DNA from: Micrococcus luteus NCTC 2665
GTDB taxonomy: Bacteria; Actinomycetota; Actinomycetes; Actinomycetales; Micrococcaceae
Direction of reading: 5' to 3'
Length of the DNA: 32,000 nt
NCBI RefSeq assembly: GCF_000023205.1
Contig: NC_012803.1
Location: 1,620,001-1,652,000 of the forward strand
In this document: piece after piece, positions 14,495 through 23,723 of the stretch
Layout of the letters: every line of letters begins with the position of its first letter
How positions within the stretch are numbered: the stretch's first letter is position 1
Program-made: the position numbers and the translations under genes
The notes under the pieces: model-generated
The model's input: the letters and a program-made list of their open reading frames with translations, nothing else
Told to the model about the DNA's origin: nothing
Database searches by the model: none

Positions 14495-16627
14495 ATGACC
14501 GTGCCCACCCGCCCCGCCGATGTCGGCCGTCTGGCGCGTGCCGTGACCGCCGCGGGCCTGGGAGGCCTGGGCCTCCTGGTGGCGGCACCCACCGCGCACG
14601 CCGTGACGGTGCCGCCGGGCGTGTACGTGGTGGACGAGGCCGGGGTGCTCTCGACCTCGGATGAGCAGCGCCTGACCCAGGAGATCCAGGACCTGCGCCG
14701 GGACACCGGGCAGGGGCTGTACGTCGTCTACGTGGATGAGTTCAGCACGGACGCCCAGACGCTGGCCCAGGACGTGGCGCGCCAGCGCGGGCTCGGGACG
14801 AACGACTCGGTCCTGGCGATCGCGGTCGAGGAGCGCGCCTATGGGCTGGACAGCGGCGGGGACGCGAACCTGCAGAACCAGGTGACGCGCACCTACGTGG
14901 GCCCGGAGCTGTCCAAGATCGGCACGGACCCCGGCTCGGCGGAATGGCTCGCGGTGGGCATCGCCGCGGTGCAAGGGCTCGACGACGCCGCCGACGGCAC
15001 GCTCGACGGCACGGGGGCCAGCGGGGCCGAGTACGATCCGGCCGGCGCCCTGCCGGCCGGCACCACGGGCGGCGGGAGCACGGCCCAGGGCGCCTCCGAC
15101 GGCGGTGGGGCCCTGACGGCGGTCCTCGGCGCAGGTGCGGTGGCCGCGGCCGTGGGCGGCGGCGTGCTCGTGGCCCGCAGCCGGAGGCGCACGCAGGGTG
15201 GCGCCGTCGAACGGGGCCGCACCGAGGAGGCCCGCCGCGACCCCCTCGACGAGCTCAGCGTGGAGCAGCTGCGCACCCAGGCCGGCTCGAAGCTCGTGGC
15301 CGCGGACGACGCCATCCGCTCCTCGGAACAGGAGCTGGGCTTCGCCGAGGCGTCCTACGGGGAGAAGTCCGTGGCGACGTTCCGCCAGGACATCGACCAG
15401 GCCAAGGAGCACATGCGGGCCTCGTTCCAGCTCCAGCACCAGCTCGACGACGAGATCCCGGACACCGAGGCCGAGCAGCGCGCCTGGCTCAAGGAGATCA
15501 TCCAGCGCAGCGAGGCCGTGGGTGCGTCCCTGGCGGCGCACAAGAAGGAGTTCGACTCCCTGCGCGACCTCGAGAACCAGGTGCCCGAGGCCCTCGAGCG
15601 TCTCGAAGCCCGCCTGCCCGAGGCCCGGTCCCGGGTGCAGGACTCCGAGTCGGCGATCACCGCGCTGCACGGCCAGTACGCGGAGTCCGCCCTCGCCGAG
15701 GTCGCGGACAACGAGGCGCAGGCCCGGGAGAGGCTCGAGTTTGTGGAGACCGCCCTCGCGAAGTCGCGGAGCGCGTGGGAAGCCCAGGACCGCTCCACGG
15801 CGGCGCTGGCCGTGCGTGCCGCCGAGGAGGCGCTCAGCCAGGTGGACACGCTCACCGAGGCGGTCGGCAAGGCCGAGGGGTCCCTGCGGGCCATGCTGGG
15901 CAACCTGCAGACGGGCCTCGCCCAGTCCGAGCAGGACGTGGCCGAGGCCGAAGCGCTCGTGGCCAACGGATCGCACCCCGAGCTGGCCGGCCCGGTGGCG
16001 GGGATGAAGACCGCCGTGAACGCTGTGCGCCAGGCCCTCGCGGCCGGCCGCCCGGATCCCCTGGAGCTGCTCCACCAGCTCGAGGCCGCGCACCGCCAGC
16101 TCAACACCCCCCTTGCCGGCGTCCGCGACGCTCGCGAGCAGGCCCGCCAGGCCTCCCAGGTGCTCACCTCCACGATCGCCCAGGCACAGGCGCAGATCGA
16201 CGGCACGGCCGACTTCATCGGCGCCCGACGCGGTGCCGTGGGCTCGGAGGCCCGGACCCGGCTCGCGGAGGCCGACCACACGCTGCGTTCGGCGATCAGC
16301 CTCGGCCGCACCGACCCCGTGGCCGCCCTCCAGCAGGCGCAGCGCGCCTCCCAGCTGGCCGAGCGCGCGAGCGAGCTGGCCCGCGCGGACGTCGAGGGCT
16401 TCGGCTACGGCCCAGGCATGGGCGGCAGGTACGGCACGCGCCCGCGCGCCGGAGTGGGCGGCAGCTTCGGCGGTGGCCTCGGCGGCGCGCTGCTCGGCGG
16501 CATCCTGATGAACTCGATCCTGAACAGCGGCCACGGTGACAGCTGGGGCGGCGGCGGCTTCGGCGGGTTCGACGGCGGCGGCCTCGGCGGCGGCGACTTC
16601 GGCGACATCTCCGGCGGCGGCTTCTGA
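14495..16627 (+). CDS. TPM-domain membrane protein with a long cytoplasmic helical (EzrA-like) domain and a Gly-rich tail
   Basis: 710 aa. Signal peptide (LLVAAPTAHA). TPM/TLP18.3-type domain (VYVVDEAGVLSTSDEQRLTQEIQDLRRDTGQGLYVVYVDEF). TM helix followed by RSRRR. About 400 aa of Ala/Glu/Arg/Gln-rich helical sequence. Tail GGSFGGGLGGALLGGILMNSIL...GGGFGGFDGGGLGGG. SD GAAGGAGA precedes the ATG. Confidence 0.8.
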   Translation: MTVPTRPADVGRLARAVTAAGLGGLGLLVAAPTAHAVTVPPGVYVVDEAGVLSTSDEQRLTQEIQDLRRDTGQGLYVVYVDEFSTDAQTLAQDVARQRGLGTNDSVLAIAVEERAYGLDSGGDANLQNQVTRTYVGPELSKIGTDPGSAEWLAVGIAAVQGLDDAADGTLDGTGASGAEYDPAGALPAGTTGGGSTAQGASDGGGALTAVLGAGAVAAAVGGGVLVARSRRRTQGGAVERGRTEEARRDPLDELSVEQLRTQAGSKLVAADDAIRSSEQELGFAEASYGEKSVATFRQDIDQAKEHMRASFQLQHQLDDEIPDTEAEQRAWLKEIIQRSEAVGASLAAHKKEFDSLRDLENQVPEALERLEARLPEARSRVQDSESAITALHGQYAESALAEVADNEAQARERLEFVETALAKSRSAWEAQDRSTAALAVRAAEEALSQVDTLTEAVGKAEGSLRAMLGNLQTGLAQSEQDVAEAEALVANGSHPELAGPVAGMKTAVNAVRQALAAGRPDPLELLHQLEAAHRQLNTPLAGVRDAREQARQASQVLTSTIAQAQAQIDGTADFIGARRGAVGSEARTRLAEADHTLRSAISLGRTDPVAALQQAQRASQLAERASELARADVEGFGYGPGMGGRYGTRPRAGVGGSFGGGLGGALLGGILMNSILNSGHGDSWGGGGFGGFDGGGLGGGDFGDISGGGF

Positions 16628-16743
16628 CCGCCGCCCCATGAACTCCGGCGCCTCGGGCGCCGGCCCGGCCCGCAGGAGCGGGACGGGGTGGACGCAGGCC
16701 GACGGTCTGCGCTGACGTGAAAGACCGACGAAAGGCAGACACC

Positions 16744-17568
16744 ATGGTCAAGCAGTCCATCTTCGGCCGCATCAGCACGCTGGCGAAGGCCAACATCAAC
16801 GCGATGCTGGACAAGGCCGAGGACCCCCAGAAGATGCTGGACCAGATGGTCCGCGACTACACGAACAACATCGCCGAGGCCGAGGCCGCCGTCGCCCAGA
16901 CGATCGGCAACCTGCGGATGATCGAGGACGACTACCGCGAGGACCAGGACGCGTCCCGCAGCTGGGGCCAGAAGGCGCTGGCCGCCTCCCAGAAGGCCGA
17001 CGACTTCCGCGCCAAGGGCGACACCGCCTCGGCGGACAAGTTCGACAACCTCGCCAAGGTGGCCATCGAGCGCCAGATGGACTTCGAGCGCCAGGCGAAG
17101 TCCGCGGAGCCGACCATCGCCTCGCAGCGCGAGATCGTCGAGCGCCTGAAGACCGGTCTGGACCAGATGAAGGTCAAGCGTCAGCAGCTGGTCGCCAAGC
17201 GCGACGAGCTGACCGCCCGCGCCAAGTCCGCCCACGCCCAGTCCGCGGTGGCCGACGCCGTGAAGTCGATCGACCTGCTGGACCCGACCTCCGAGGTCTC
17301 CCGCTTCGAGGAGAAGGTCCGTCGCGAGGAGGCCCGCGTGCGCGGCCAGCAGGAGATCGCCGCCTCCTCCCTCGACGCCCAGTTCGAGTCCCTCGAGGAC
17401 CTCGGCGAGAAGACCGAGGTGGAGGCCCGCCTCGCCGCCCTCAAGGCCGGCGGTGCCGGCCAGGCCGCCCTCACCTCGGGCGACGTCGACGCCGACGCCG
17501 ACGAGACCCTCACCCTCGACTACGCGGCCGAGGGGAGTGCCGAGGAGACCGGCACCGCGCGCGGCTGA
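16744..17568 (+). CDS. pspA: PspA/IM30 (phage shock protein A / Vipp1) family protein
   Basis: MVKQSIFGRISTLAKANINAMLDKAEDPQKMLDQMVRDY... is the canonical PspA N-terminus, and the protein is coiled-coil throughout. Internal ATG 16744 (preceded by GAAAGG) is preferred over the track start at 16717. Confidence 0.9.
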   Translation: MVKQSIFGRISTLAKANINAMLDKAEDPQKMLDQMVRDYTNNIAEAEAAVAQTIGNLRMIEDDYREDQDASRSWGQKALAASQKADDFRAKGDTASADKFDNLAKVAIERQMDFERQAKSAEPTIASQREIVERLKTGLDQMKVKRQQLVAKRDELTARAKSAHAQSAVADAVKSIDLLDPTSEVSRFEEKVRREEARVRGQQEIAASSLDAQFESLEDLGEKTEVEARLAALKAGGAGQAALTSGDVDADADETLTLDYAAEGSAEETGTARG

Positions 17569-17582
17569 CCCCGCCCCGCCCC

Positions 17583-17621
17583 ACGGCCCGTCGCCCGGCC
17601 CACGCCGGGGCGGCGGGCCGT
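17583..17621 (+). terminator. GC-rich hairpin downstream of pspA (putative terminator)
   Basis: ACGGCCCGTCGCCCGG / CCGGGGCGGCGGGCCGT arms give about 15 bp with one G-U pair and one bulge, around a 6-nt loop. It lies 15 nt after the stop. The U-tract is weak (CCTCGTGTG). Confidence 0.4.
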
Positions 17622-17747
17622 CCTCGTGTGCCCCGGCCCGGTGCTCCTCCCGGTCGCGCCCCGGCCCCTGTGCTCCTCTGGTACTGTCCCGGGGTCCCTC
17701 TGCACGATCCGTGGGGCTCCCCCGTCCCCGCACAGAGGAAGAACCCC

Positions 17748-19148
17748 ATGCAAGAGCAGTTCACGGCCTGGTCCGTGCTGGTCGACGCCGGCCTCATCGG
17801 CGCGCTCCTGGCCGTGGGCACGCTGGCCCGTGCCGTCATCACGCCCCTCCAGACCCTGATGATCCCGGCCTCCGTCATCGCCGGCATCCTGGGCCTGGCC
17901 CTCGGCCCGAACGGCCTGGGCTGGCTGCCGTTCAGCTCCCAGCTGGGCACGTACGGCTCGATCCTGATCGTCATCGTGCTCGTGTGCATCGCGCTCACCG
18001 ACGACTTCGACGTCCGCAAGATCGGCCGCCCCGTGGGTGCGTTCGCGTCCTACGGCGTGCTGATCTACGCCTCCCAGGTGGCCATCGGCGCCCTCGTCAC
18101 GCTGGTCCTCCTGCAGCCGTTGTTCGACGCGCCCGACTCGTTCGCCGCCCTGCTGTTCGCCGGATGGGCGGGCGGCTTCGGCTCCGCGGCCGCCGTGGGC
18201 CAGGCGTACGCGGCCAACGGTGATGCGACCGTCACCTCGCTGGCCTACACCTCGGCCACGGTCGGCATGATCGTCGGCGTGGTGGGCGGCATCATCCAGG
18301 CCAAGATCGGCGCGCAGCGCGGCCACGCGCAGGAGTTCGCGGGCCTCACCTCCATCCCGGAAGAGCTGCGCACCGGGGTGCTGAACCAGGTGGAGGAACG
18401 CCCGGTCATCGGCCGGCACACCTTCTCGGCGGCCTCGGTGGAGTCGCTGGCCTTCCAGGTCGGCGTCGTCGCGATGATCGCGGCGGCCGCGCACGGCGTC
18501 GTCTCCTGGATCACGGCCGCGTGGCCGAGCGTCGTGGGTGAGGACGGTCCCCAGCTGATCATCCCTGCGTTCGCGATCGCGTTCCTCCTCGGCCTGATCG
18601 CCCGCGTCCTGTTCCAGGCCACGAAGACGGCGAAGTTCCTCGACCCGGGCTCGCTGAACTCGGTGTCCGGCACCGCCACGGACATCCTCATCGTCTGTGG
18701 CATCGCCGCGATCGCCCCGACCGTGGTCGTGGACTACTGGCAGCCCCTGCTGCTCCTGTTCGTGACCGGCCTCGCGCTGGCCCTGTTCCTGGGGATCGTC
18801 GTGGCGCCGCGCGTCATGACCGACGCGTGGTTCGAGAAGCAGCTGTTCACGTGGGGCTGGGCCACCGGCGCCGTCGCCACGGGCGTGGCCATGCTGCGCA
18901 TCGTGGACCCGAAGCTGAAGTCCGGGACCATGGAGCAGTTCGGCGTGGCCTACATCCCGGTGGTGCCCGTGGAGATCGCGGCCGTGTCCTTCGTGCCGCT
19001 GCTGCTCATCGCGGGCATGGCCTGGGCCGTCGTGGGCATCTGGGGCGCCATCGCGATCACCGCGATCATCGCTGCCGTCTGGCTGCGCCGCACGGATCCG
19101 GGCCGCCGCACGCCGGCCCAGCAGGCGGTCCGGGCCTCGAGCCGCTGA
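17748..19148 (+). CDS. gltS: Sodium/glutamate symporter family (GltS/ESS-like) membrane transporter
   Basis: 466 aa and polytopic. GWAGGFGSAAAVG and FTWGWATGAVATGVAMLRIV align in position with the two GltS re-entrant-loop motifs (SGGHGTGAAW and GHCGFGLGATPTAIANM). The ATG at 17748 is preceded by AGAGGAAG. Confidence 0.6.
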   Translation: MQEQFTAWSVLVDAGLIGALLAVGTLARAVITPLQTLMIPASVIAGILGLALGPNGLGWLPFSSQLGTYGSILIVIVLVCIALTDDFDVRKIGRPVGAFASYGVLIYASQVAIGALVTLVLLQPLFDAPDSFAALLFAGWAGGFGSAAAVGQAYAANGDATVTSLAYTSATVGMIVGVVGGIIQAKIGAQRGHAQEFAGLTSIPEELRTGVLNQVEERPVIGRHTFSAASVESLAFQVGVVAMIAAAAHGVVSWITAAWPSVVGEDGPQLIIPAFAIAFLLGLIARVLFQATKTAKFLDPGSLNSVSGTATDILIVCGIAAIAPTVVVDYWQPLLLLFVTGLALALFLGIVVAPRVMTDAWFEKQLFTWGWATGAVATGVAMLRIVDPKLKSGTMEQFGVAYIPVVPVEIAAVSFVPLLLIAGMAWAVVGIWGAIAITAIIAAVWLRRTDPGRRTPAQQAVRASSR

Positions 19149-19233
19149 CGCTCCCCCACCGAGCGTCCGAGGACGGTCGCCTCGCCCGCCGGCACGGTGC
19201 CGGCGGTCCGGGGCGACCGGGCCCGGACATGCG

Positions 19234-19265
19234 AGAAGGCCCCCAGCAGATGCTGGGGGCCTTCT
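19234..19265. terminator. Perfect 14-bp hairpin between convergent gltS and tRNA-fMet (bidirectional terminator candidate)
   Basis: AGAAGGCCCCCAGC-AGAT-GCTGGGGGCCTTCT. A second 9-bp hairpin lies at 19186-19206. Confidence 0.55.
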
Positions 19266-19272
19266 CCTTCTC

Positions 19273-19347
<75 letters not shown>

Positions 19348-19359
19348 GCGACTCCTAGA

Positions 19360-19388
19360 ACTATACACACCTGTTCCGTCGAGTTCAA
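19360..19388 (-). promoter_or_regulatory. Near-consensus housekeeping promoter for tRNA-fMet
   Basis: Minus strand TTGAAC (19383-19388), a 17-nt spacer, then TATAGT (19360-19365). The -10 ends 12 nt before the mature tRNA 5' end. Confidence 0.6.
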
Positions 19389-19495
19389 ATCGGCGTCAGC
19401 ACCCCGCCACCCGGCGGCCATGCGGCGGCCACCTGCCCCGAGACGGCGGCGGCCCCGACCATGCGCGGTGCGTGGCCGGGGCTGCCGTCGACGGT

Positions 19496-19516
19496 CCGGC
19501 GGGCCCGGCCCGCCGG
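19496..19516 (-). terminator. 9-bp perfect hairpin just downstream of the UPF0182 gene
   Basis: CCGGCGGGC-CCG-GCCCGCCGG, 8 nt beyond the stop at 19524. No U-tract. Confidence 0.3.
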
Positions 19517-19523
19517 CACCGGC

Positions 19524-22500
19524 TCAGCCGCTCGGCGTCGGGCTGGGGCTCGACGACGGCGCAGGGCTCGCCTCGGCCGGGGCCTGCTCCTGGGCAGGCG
19601 CGTCGCCGCCCAGGGCGTCGTCGGCGGCGGTGGCACGCTTCAGGGCCTCGTTGAGACGCTTCTGCTGCTCGCCGTAGCCGGCCCAGTCGCCCTCGGCCAG
19701 ACGCTCCTGGCCCTGGGTCAGGGCGTCCTGAGCCTCCTCGAGGGCCGCCGAGAGCTCCTCCTCGACGGTGCCCGGAGCCGTCGGCTTCTCGCCCGGCGCG
19801 GGCGCCTCCGCCTGCTTCTCCTCCGGGGTGACCGCGCCCGAGTCCCCGTCGAACACCTGGTCCAGGGCCTCCTGGAGGGTGTCCGCGAAGCCGACCTTGT
19901 CGCCGAAGGAGACGAGCACCTTGCGCAGCGTCGGGTAGGTGGTGCCGCCCGAGGAGCGGACGTACACCGGCTGGACGTAGAGGATGCCGCCGGCCACCGG
20001 CAGGGTGATCATGTTGCCGTTGAGCACCTCGGACGCGCCCTGGCGCAGCAGGTTCAGCTCCCGCGAGACGTCCGCGTTCGAGTCGAAGTTGGCCTGCGCC
20101 TGGCCCGGGCCGGGCACCGTGGTGGACCGCGGCAGCTCGAGCAGTCGGAGCTGCCCGTAGCCCTCGGCCTTCACGCCGTCCTCCCCCGTGCCGGCGTCGC
20201 CGGCGGCGGAGAGGAAGCCGTAGAGCACGTTGCGCTGCTGGGCACCGTCCGTGATCTGCGGTATGTAGCTGCTGGTGAGGGAGAACGCCGGCTCGTCCTG
20301 GCCGGGCATCTGCAGCGTCATGTAGTACGGCGGCTGCTTGACGTCCTCCTCGCGCGTGGGGTCCGACGGCACGGACCACGCGTCGTTGTTCTCGTAGAAG
20401 TCGTCCGCATCGGTCACGTGGTAGCGGCCGAGCAGCTCGCGCTGGACCTTGAACATGTCCTCCGGGTAGCGGACGTGGTCCAGGAGTCCGGCGCTCATCT
20501 CCGAGTACGGGCGCAGAGAGGACGGGTAGACGTTCTGCCAGGCCTGCAGCAGCGGATCCTGGTCGTCCCACGCGTAGAGGGACACCGAGCCGTCGTACGC
20601 GTCCACCGTCGCCTTCACCGAGTTGCGGATGTAGTTCACCCGGCCCTGGAGCGCCGGGTTCTGGCCCTGGCTCAGGGAGTCCACCGTGACCTCGCCCAGC
20701 TGCTGCGCGGTGGAGTACGGGAACTGGTCCGAGGTCGTGTAGGCGTCCACGATCCACTGCACGCGGCCGTCGACGATCGCCGGGTAGGGGGCGGTGTCCA
20801 CCGTCAGGTAGGGCGCGACCTTGCGGACACGCTCGGCCGGGTCGCGGTCGTAGAGGATCTGCGAGGCCTCGTTCACGTCCGAGGACAGCACCAGCTCGGG
20901 CGAGCCGAACTTCACCGCGTATGCGAGCCGGTTGAACAGGTTGCCCACCGAGGGGCCGCCGTCGCCGGAGAAGGTGTACGCCGTGTCCTCCTGGGAGTCG
21001 GCCGTCTGCGGCCGGTCGCGTTCGACGGCCGGCGCGCCCTCGGGCGCACCCACCACCGAGTACGAGGGCGAGTTGTGCCCGAAGTAGATGCGCGGCTCGT
21101 AGTCCTGGTCGGAGGCCAGCGGCCCGCGCGTCGGGATCTCGGAGAGCAGCCACTGGGGCCGGCCGCCGGCCGCGACCTCGGAGGCGTCGGCCACGACCAT
21201 GCCGTAGCCGTGCGTGTAGATGGTGTGGCGGTTCACCCACGACTGCGAGTCGTCCACGTTGACGTCACGGGCCGCCAGGATGGTGTCCCGCGTCTGGCCG
21301 TCCACCTCGTAGCGGTCCACGTGCAGGGTGGTGGGGAACGAGTAGTACGGACGGAACTGCTGGAGCTGCCCGAAGGTCTGGGAGATCAGGTTCGGGTCCA
21401 TGAGACGGACGTTGGCCGTGTTGGCCTCCTCGCCCGCCAGGGCCCCGGCCTCGGTGTCCGTGGCGCCCTCGTAGTTCGTCACCTCGACGTCGTCCAGGCC
21501 GTACGCCTCGCGCGTCATGGCGATGTTCCGCTCGATGTACTGGGACTCGAGCGTGCGCTCGGACGGCTTCACCTGGTACTCCTGCACGATGAAGGGGTAC
21601 GCCGTGCCCACCACGAGCGCCGTGATGACCAGGACCGCGGTGCCGATCAGCGACAGCCGCCACCGGCCCGAGACCACCGTCCACACGAACAGGCCGGCCA
21701 CGATCACGGCCGTGACCGCCAGGATCGCCGACGTCGGGATGACCGCGTTCACGTCCGTGTAGAGCGCGCCGGCCCAGTTGCCGGTCTGCGACTGCGTGGT
21801 GCGGTAGCGGTTGAGCCAGAAGTTGACGCCCTGCAGCAGCAGGAACACGGCGAGGGTGATGCCGATGTGGGCGCGCGCCGCCGGGGTGATCCGCACGCCG
21901 CCGCCCTCTTCCACGCGCACCGCGCCGTACAGGTAGTGCACGAGCAGACCGGTGATGCCGGAGACCAGGACCACCGAGATCAGGTACCCGACCACGAGCG
22001 TCAGGAACGGCAGGGTGGCCATGAAGAACATGAGGTCCAGGCCGAACTCCGGGTCCGCCTGGCCGTAGGGCACCTGGTTCAGGAACAGCAGGACCGTGTT
22101 CCAGCCGTTCATCGCGGTGGAGCCGGCGAACACGCCGAGCACGAGCGGGACACCCAGGAACACCAGGCGGCGGATGGGCTCGAGCTGGCGCTGGACCTGG
22201 CTGAGCGAGTCCCGCGCGGCCGCGGACGCGTCCGCGGGACGGTGGCGCCAGGCCGTGCGGATCGCCAGCCACACGGCGAGGGCCATCCCGAGCCCGGCGA
22301 TCAGGAACAGCGCGCCCTTGGCGAGGACCTCGGTCCAGAAGACCTCGGTGAAGCCCAGCTGCGAGAACCACAGCACGTCCGTGTAGACGTTCGTGAACAC
22401 CACGAACAGCCCCACGAGCACGGCCACCGCGATGATGGTCAGCACGAGCGCGCTCGGCCGGCCCGGCCGGCCCCTGCCCCGCGCGGCGGAGGACCCGCCC

Positions 22501-22667
22501 CCGCCGAACGGGCCGCCGGGGCCGCGGTCGCCGTCGTCGCCCGGGCCGCGCGGGGCGCCGCCGAAGGGGCCGAACGCCCCGAACGGGCCGGACTGGCCCC
22601 CGGCGGTCCCGCCGCCGTCACGGGGCGGGCCGCCGAACGGTCCGCCGCCTCCCTGTCCGAAGCTCAC
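19524..22667 (-). CDS. UPF0182 family large membrane protein (Rv3193c-like)
   Basis: 1047 aa. Gly-rich N-terminus, then the family-typical VYTDVLWFSQLGFTEVFWTEVLAKG and several TM helices. The large extracytoplasmic domain has YIRNSVKATVDAYDGSV and ITLPVAGGILYVQPVYV. GTG start is preceded by GGGAAGAGGA. Confidence 0.9.
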   Translation of the reverse strand: MSFGQGGGGPFGGPPRDGGGTAGGQSGPFGAFGPFGGAPRGPGDDGDRGPGGPFGGGGSSAARGRGRPGRPSALVLTIIAVAVLVGLFVVFTNVYTDVLWFSQLGFTEVFWTEVLAKGALFLIAGLGMALAVWLAIRTAWRHRPADASAAARDSLSQVQRQLEPIRRLVFLGVPLVLGVFAGSTAMNGWNTVLLFLNQVPYGQADPEFGLDLMFFMATLPFLTLVVGYLISVVLVSGITGLLVHYLYGAVRVEEGGGVRITPAARAHIGITLAVFLLLQGVNFWLNRYRTTQSQTGNWAGALYTDVNAVIPTSAILAVTAVIVAGLFVWTVVSGRWRLSLIGTAVLVITALVVGTAYPFIVQEYQVKPSERTLESQYIERNIAMTREAYGLDDVEVTNYEGATDTEAGALAGEEANTANVRLMDPNLISQTFGQLQQFRPYYSFPTTLHVDRYEVDGQTRDTILAARDVNVDDSQSWVNRHTIYTHGYGMVVADASEVAAGGRPQWLLSEIPTRGPLASDQDYEPRIYFGHNSPSYSVVGAPEGAPAVERDRPQTADSQEDTAYTFSGDGGPSVGNLFNRLAYAVKFGSPELVLSSDVNEASQILYDRDPAERVRKVAPYLTVDTAPYPAIVDGRVQWIVDAYTTSDQFPYSTAQQLGEVTVDSLSQGQNPALQGRVNYIRNSVKATVDAYDGSVSLYAWDDQDPLLQAWQNVYPSSLRPYSEMSAGLLDHVRYPEDMFKVQRELLGRYHVTDADDFYENNDAWSVPSDPTREEDVKQPPYYMTLQMPGQDEPAFSLTSSYIPQITDGAQQRNVLYGFLSAAGDAGTGEDGVKAEGYGQLRLLELPRSTTVPGPGQAQANFDSNADVSRELNLLRQGASEVLNGNMITLPVAGGILYVQPVYVRSSGGTTYPTLRKVLVSFGDKVGFADTLQEALDQVFDGDSGAVTPEEKQAEAPAPGEKPTAPGTVEEELSAALEEAQDALTQGQERLAEGDWAGYGEQQKRLNEALKRATAADDALGGDAPAQEQAPAEASPAPSSSPSPTPSG

Positions 22668-22741
22668 TGCTCTGTCCTCTTCCCTCCCGCGTCCGCGGGG
22701 CTCTGCTCCGGCCCGGGGCGCTGCGCCCCGGACATGTCGTC

Positions 22742-22757
22742 CGGTCTGGTGGTCTAG
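22742..22757. repeat. Left part of an 8-bp tandem repeat array split by IS copy 3
   Basis: CGGTCTGG-TGGTCTAG; the last unit supplies the CTAG target. Confidence 0.6.
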
Positions 22758-22766
22758 GGCGTGTTG

Positions 22767-23291
22767 CTAAAGTAGGGTAGTCAGCCAGTGCAGTGTCGCT
22801 GCGAGGCTGAGCCCGGCGTGATAGTTCCGGGCGTACTTGTCCGAACGCATCGCGATCCCTCGCCACTGTTTGAGCCGGTTGAAGCACCGCTCCACGACAT
22901 TGCGTCCCCGGTAGCGCTGGCGCTGGTCTTCACCGAAGTCGATCGGTCTTCCTGGGCGGCGGCGCCGGTGCGCGATCTGATCGGCCCGCTCGGGGATCGT
23001 GGCCGCGATGCCATGCCGGCGCAGCCAAGCCCGGTTCGCCTTCGAGGGGTAGCCCTTGTCCGCAATCAGGCGGTCAGGCCGTATCCGGGGCCGCCCACGG
23101 GCCCCGGCAACGCTGATCTGCTCCATCGTGGTGGCCAGCATCGAGGTGTCCGCGACCTGGCCGCCGGTCACCACGAACGCCAGCACCCTGCCCTTGCCAT
23201 CACAGACCAGATGAGACTTCGTCGTCAGACCGCCGCGGGAGCGTCCGATGGCATGATCAGCCGGCTCGTCCCCGGATTTCTTGTAGTTCAT
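22767..23291 (-). CDS. IS5-family transposase OrfB (copy 3)
   Basis: The 174-aa translation is identical to 3391..3915. Confidence 0.9.
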   Translation of the reverse strand: MNYKKSGDEPADHAIGRSRGGLTTKSHLVCDGKGRVLAFVVTGGQVADTSMLATTMEQISVAGARGRPRIRPDRLIADKGYPSKANRAWLRRHGIAATIPERADQIAHRRRRPGRPIDFGEDQRQRYRGRNVVERCFNRLKQWRGIAMRSDKYARNYHAGLSLAATLHWLTTLL

Positions 23292-23691
23292 CCAGGCCCC
23301 CTGTGGGGCGGGGCAGGGTCGCCCCGTGCTGGTGGACGCGCACGATCGTGGAATCGATCGAGGCCACCCAGTCCAGCTCGCCAGCCTGCTGTGCCATGGA
23401 CTGGGTCTTCTCCAGCACCCGCTCCCACACGCCCTGGGCGGCCCACCGGTTGAAGTTCTTGTAGATCGTGTTCCAGTTCCCGAACCGCTCGGGCAGATCC
23501 CGCCACGGCGCCCCGGTGCGGAAGCGCCACGCGGTGGCCTCGACCACCGCGCGCCGATCCACGGGCGGACGCCCGGTGGTCTTGGCTTCGGGGAACAGTG
23601 GGCCGATCACGGCCCAGACCTCGTCCGAGATGACATCACGCGACATGACCCCAGACTCGCGCATCCACGTCCCCGAACCCTTTAGCAACAC
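23257..23691 (-). CDS. IS5-family transposase OrfA (copy 3)
   Basis: The 144-aa translation is identical to 3881..4315. Confidence 0.9.
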   Translation of the reverse strand: MLLKGSGTWMRESGVMSRDVISDEVWAVIGPLFPEAKTTGRPPVDRRAVVEATAWRFRTGAPWRDLPERFGNWNTIYKNFNRWAAQGVWERVLEKTQSMAQQAGELDWVASIDSTIVRVHQHGATLPRPTGGLDELQEIRGRAG

Positions 23692-23694
23692 GCC

Positions 23695-23723
23695 CTAGTG
23701 GTCTGGTGGTCTGGTGGTCCTGG
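23695..23723. repeat. Right part of the 8-bp tandem repeat array split by IS copy 3
   Basis: CTAG-TGGTCTGG-TGGTCTGG-TGGTCCTGG. Confidence 0.6.

Larger units (their letters stand above)
22754..23698 (-). mobile_element. IS5-family (IS427-group-like) insertion sequence, copy 3
   Basis: Same 945-bp sequence and IRs as copy 1, offset +19376, flanked by CTAG. Confidence 0.95.

Noticed and set aside
16380-16627. The Gly-rich coding stretches (TPM protein C-terminus, and the UPF0182 N-terminus at about 22480-22667) as PE_PGRS-like or repeat-protein genes.
   Set aside because: They are in-frame low-complexity termini of the adjacent well-defined genes. Gly-rich tails are a known feature of TPM-domain proteins, and the UPF0182 N-terminus is simply disordered.
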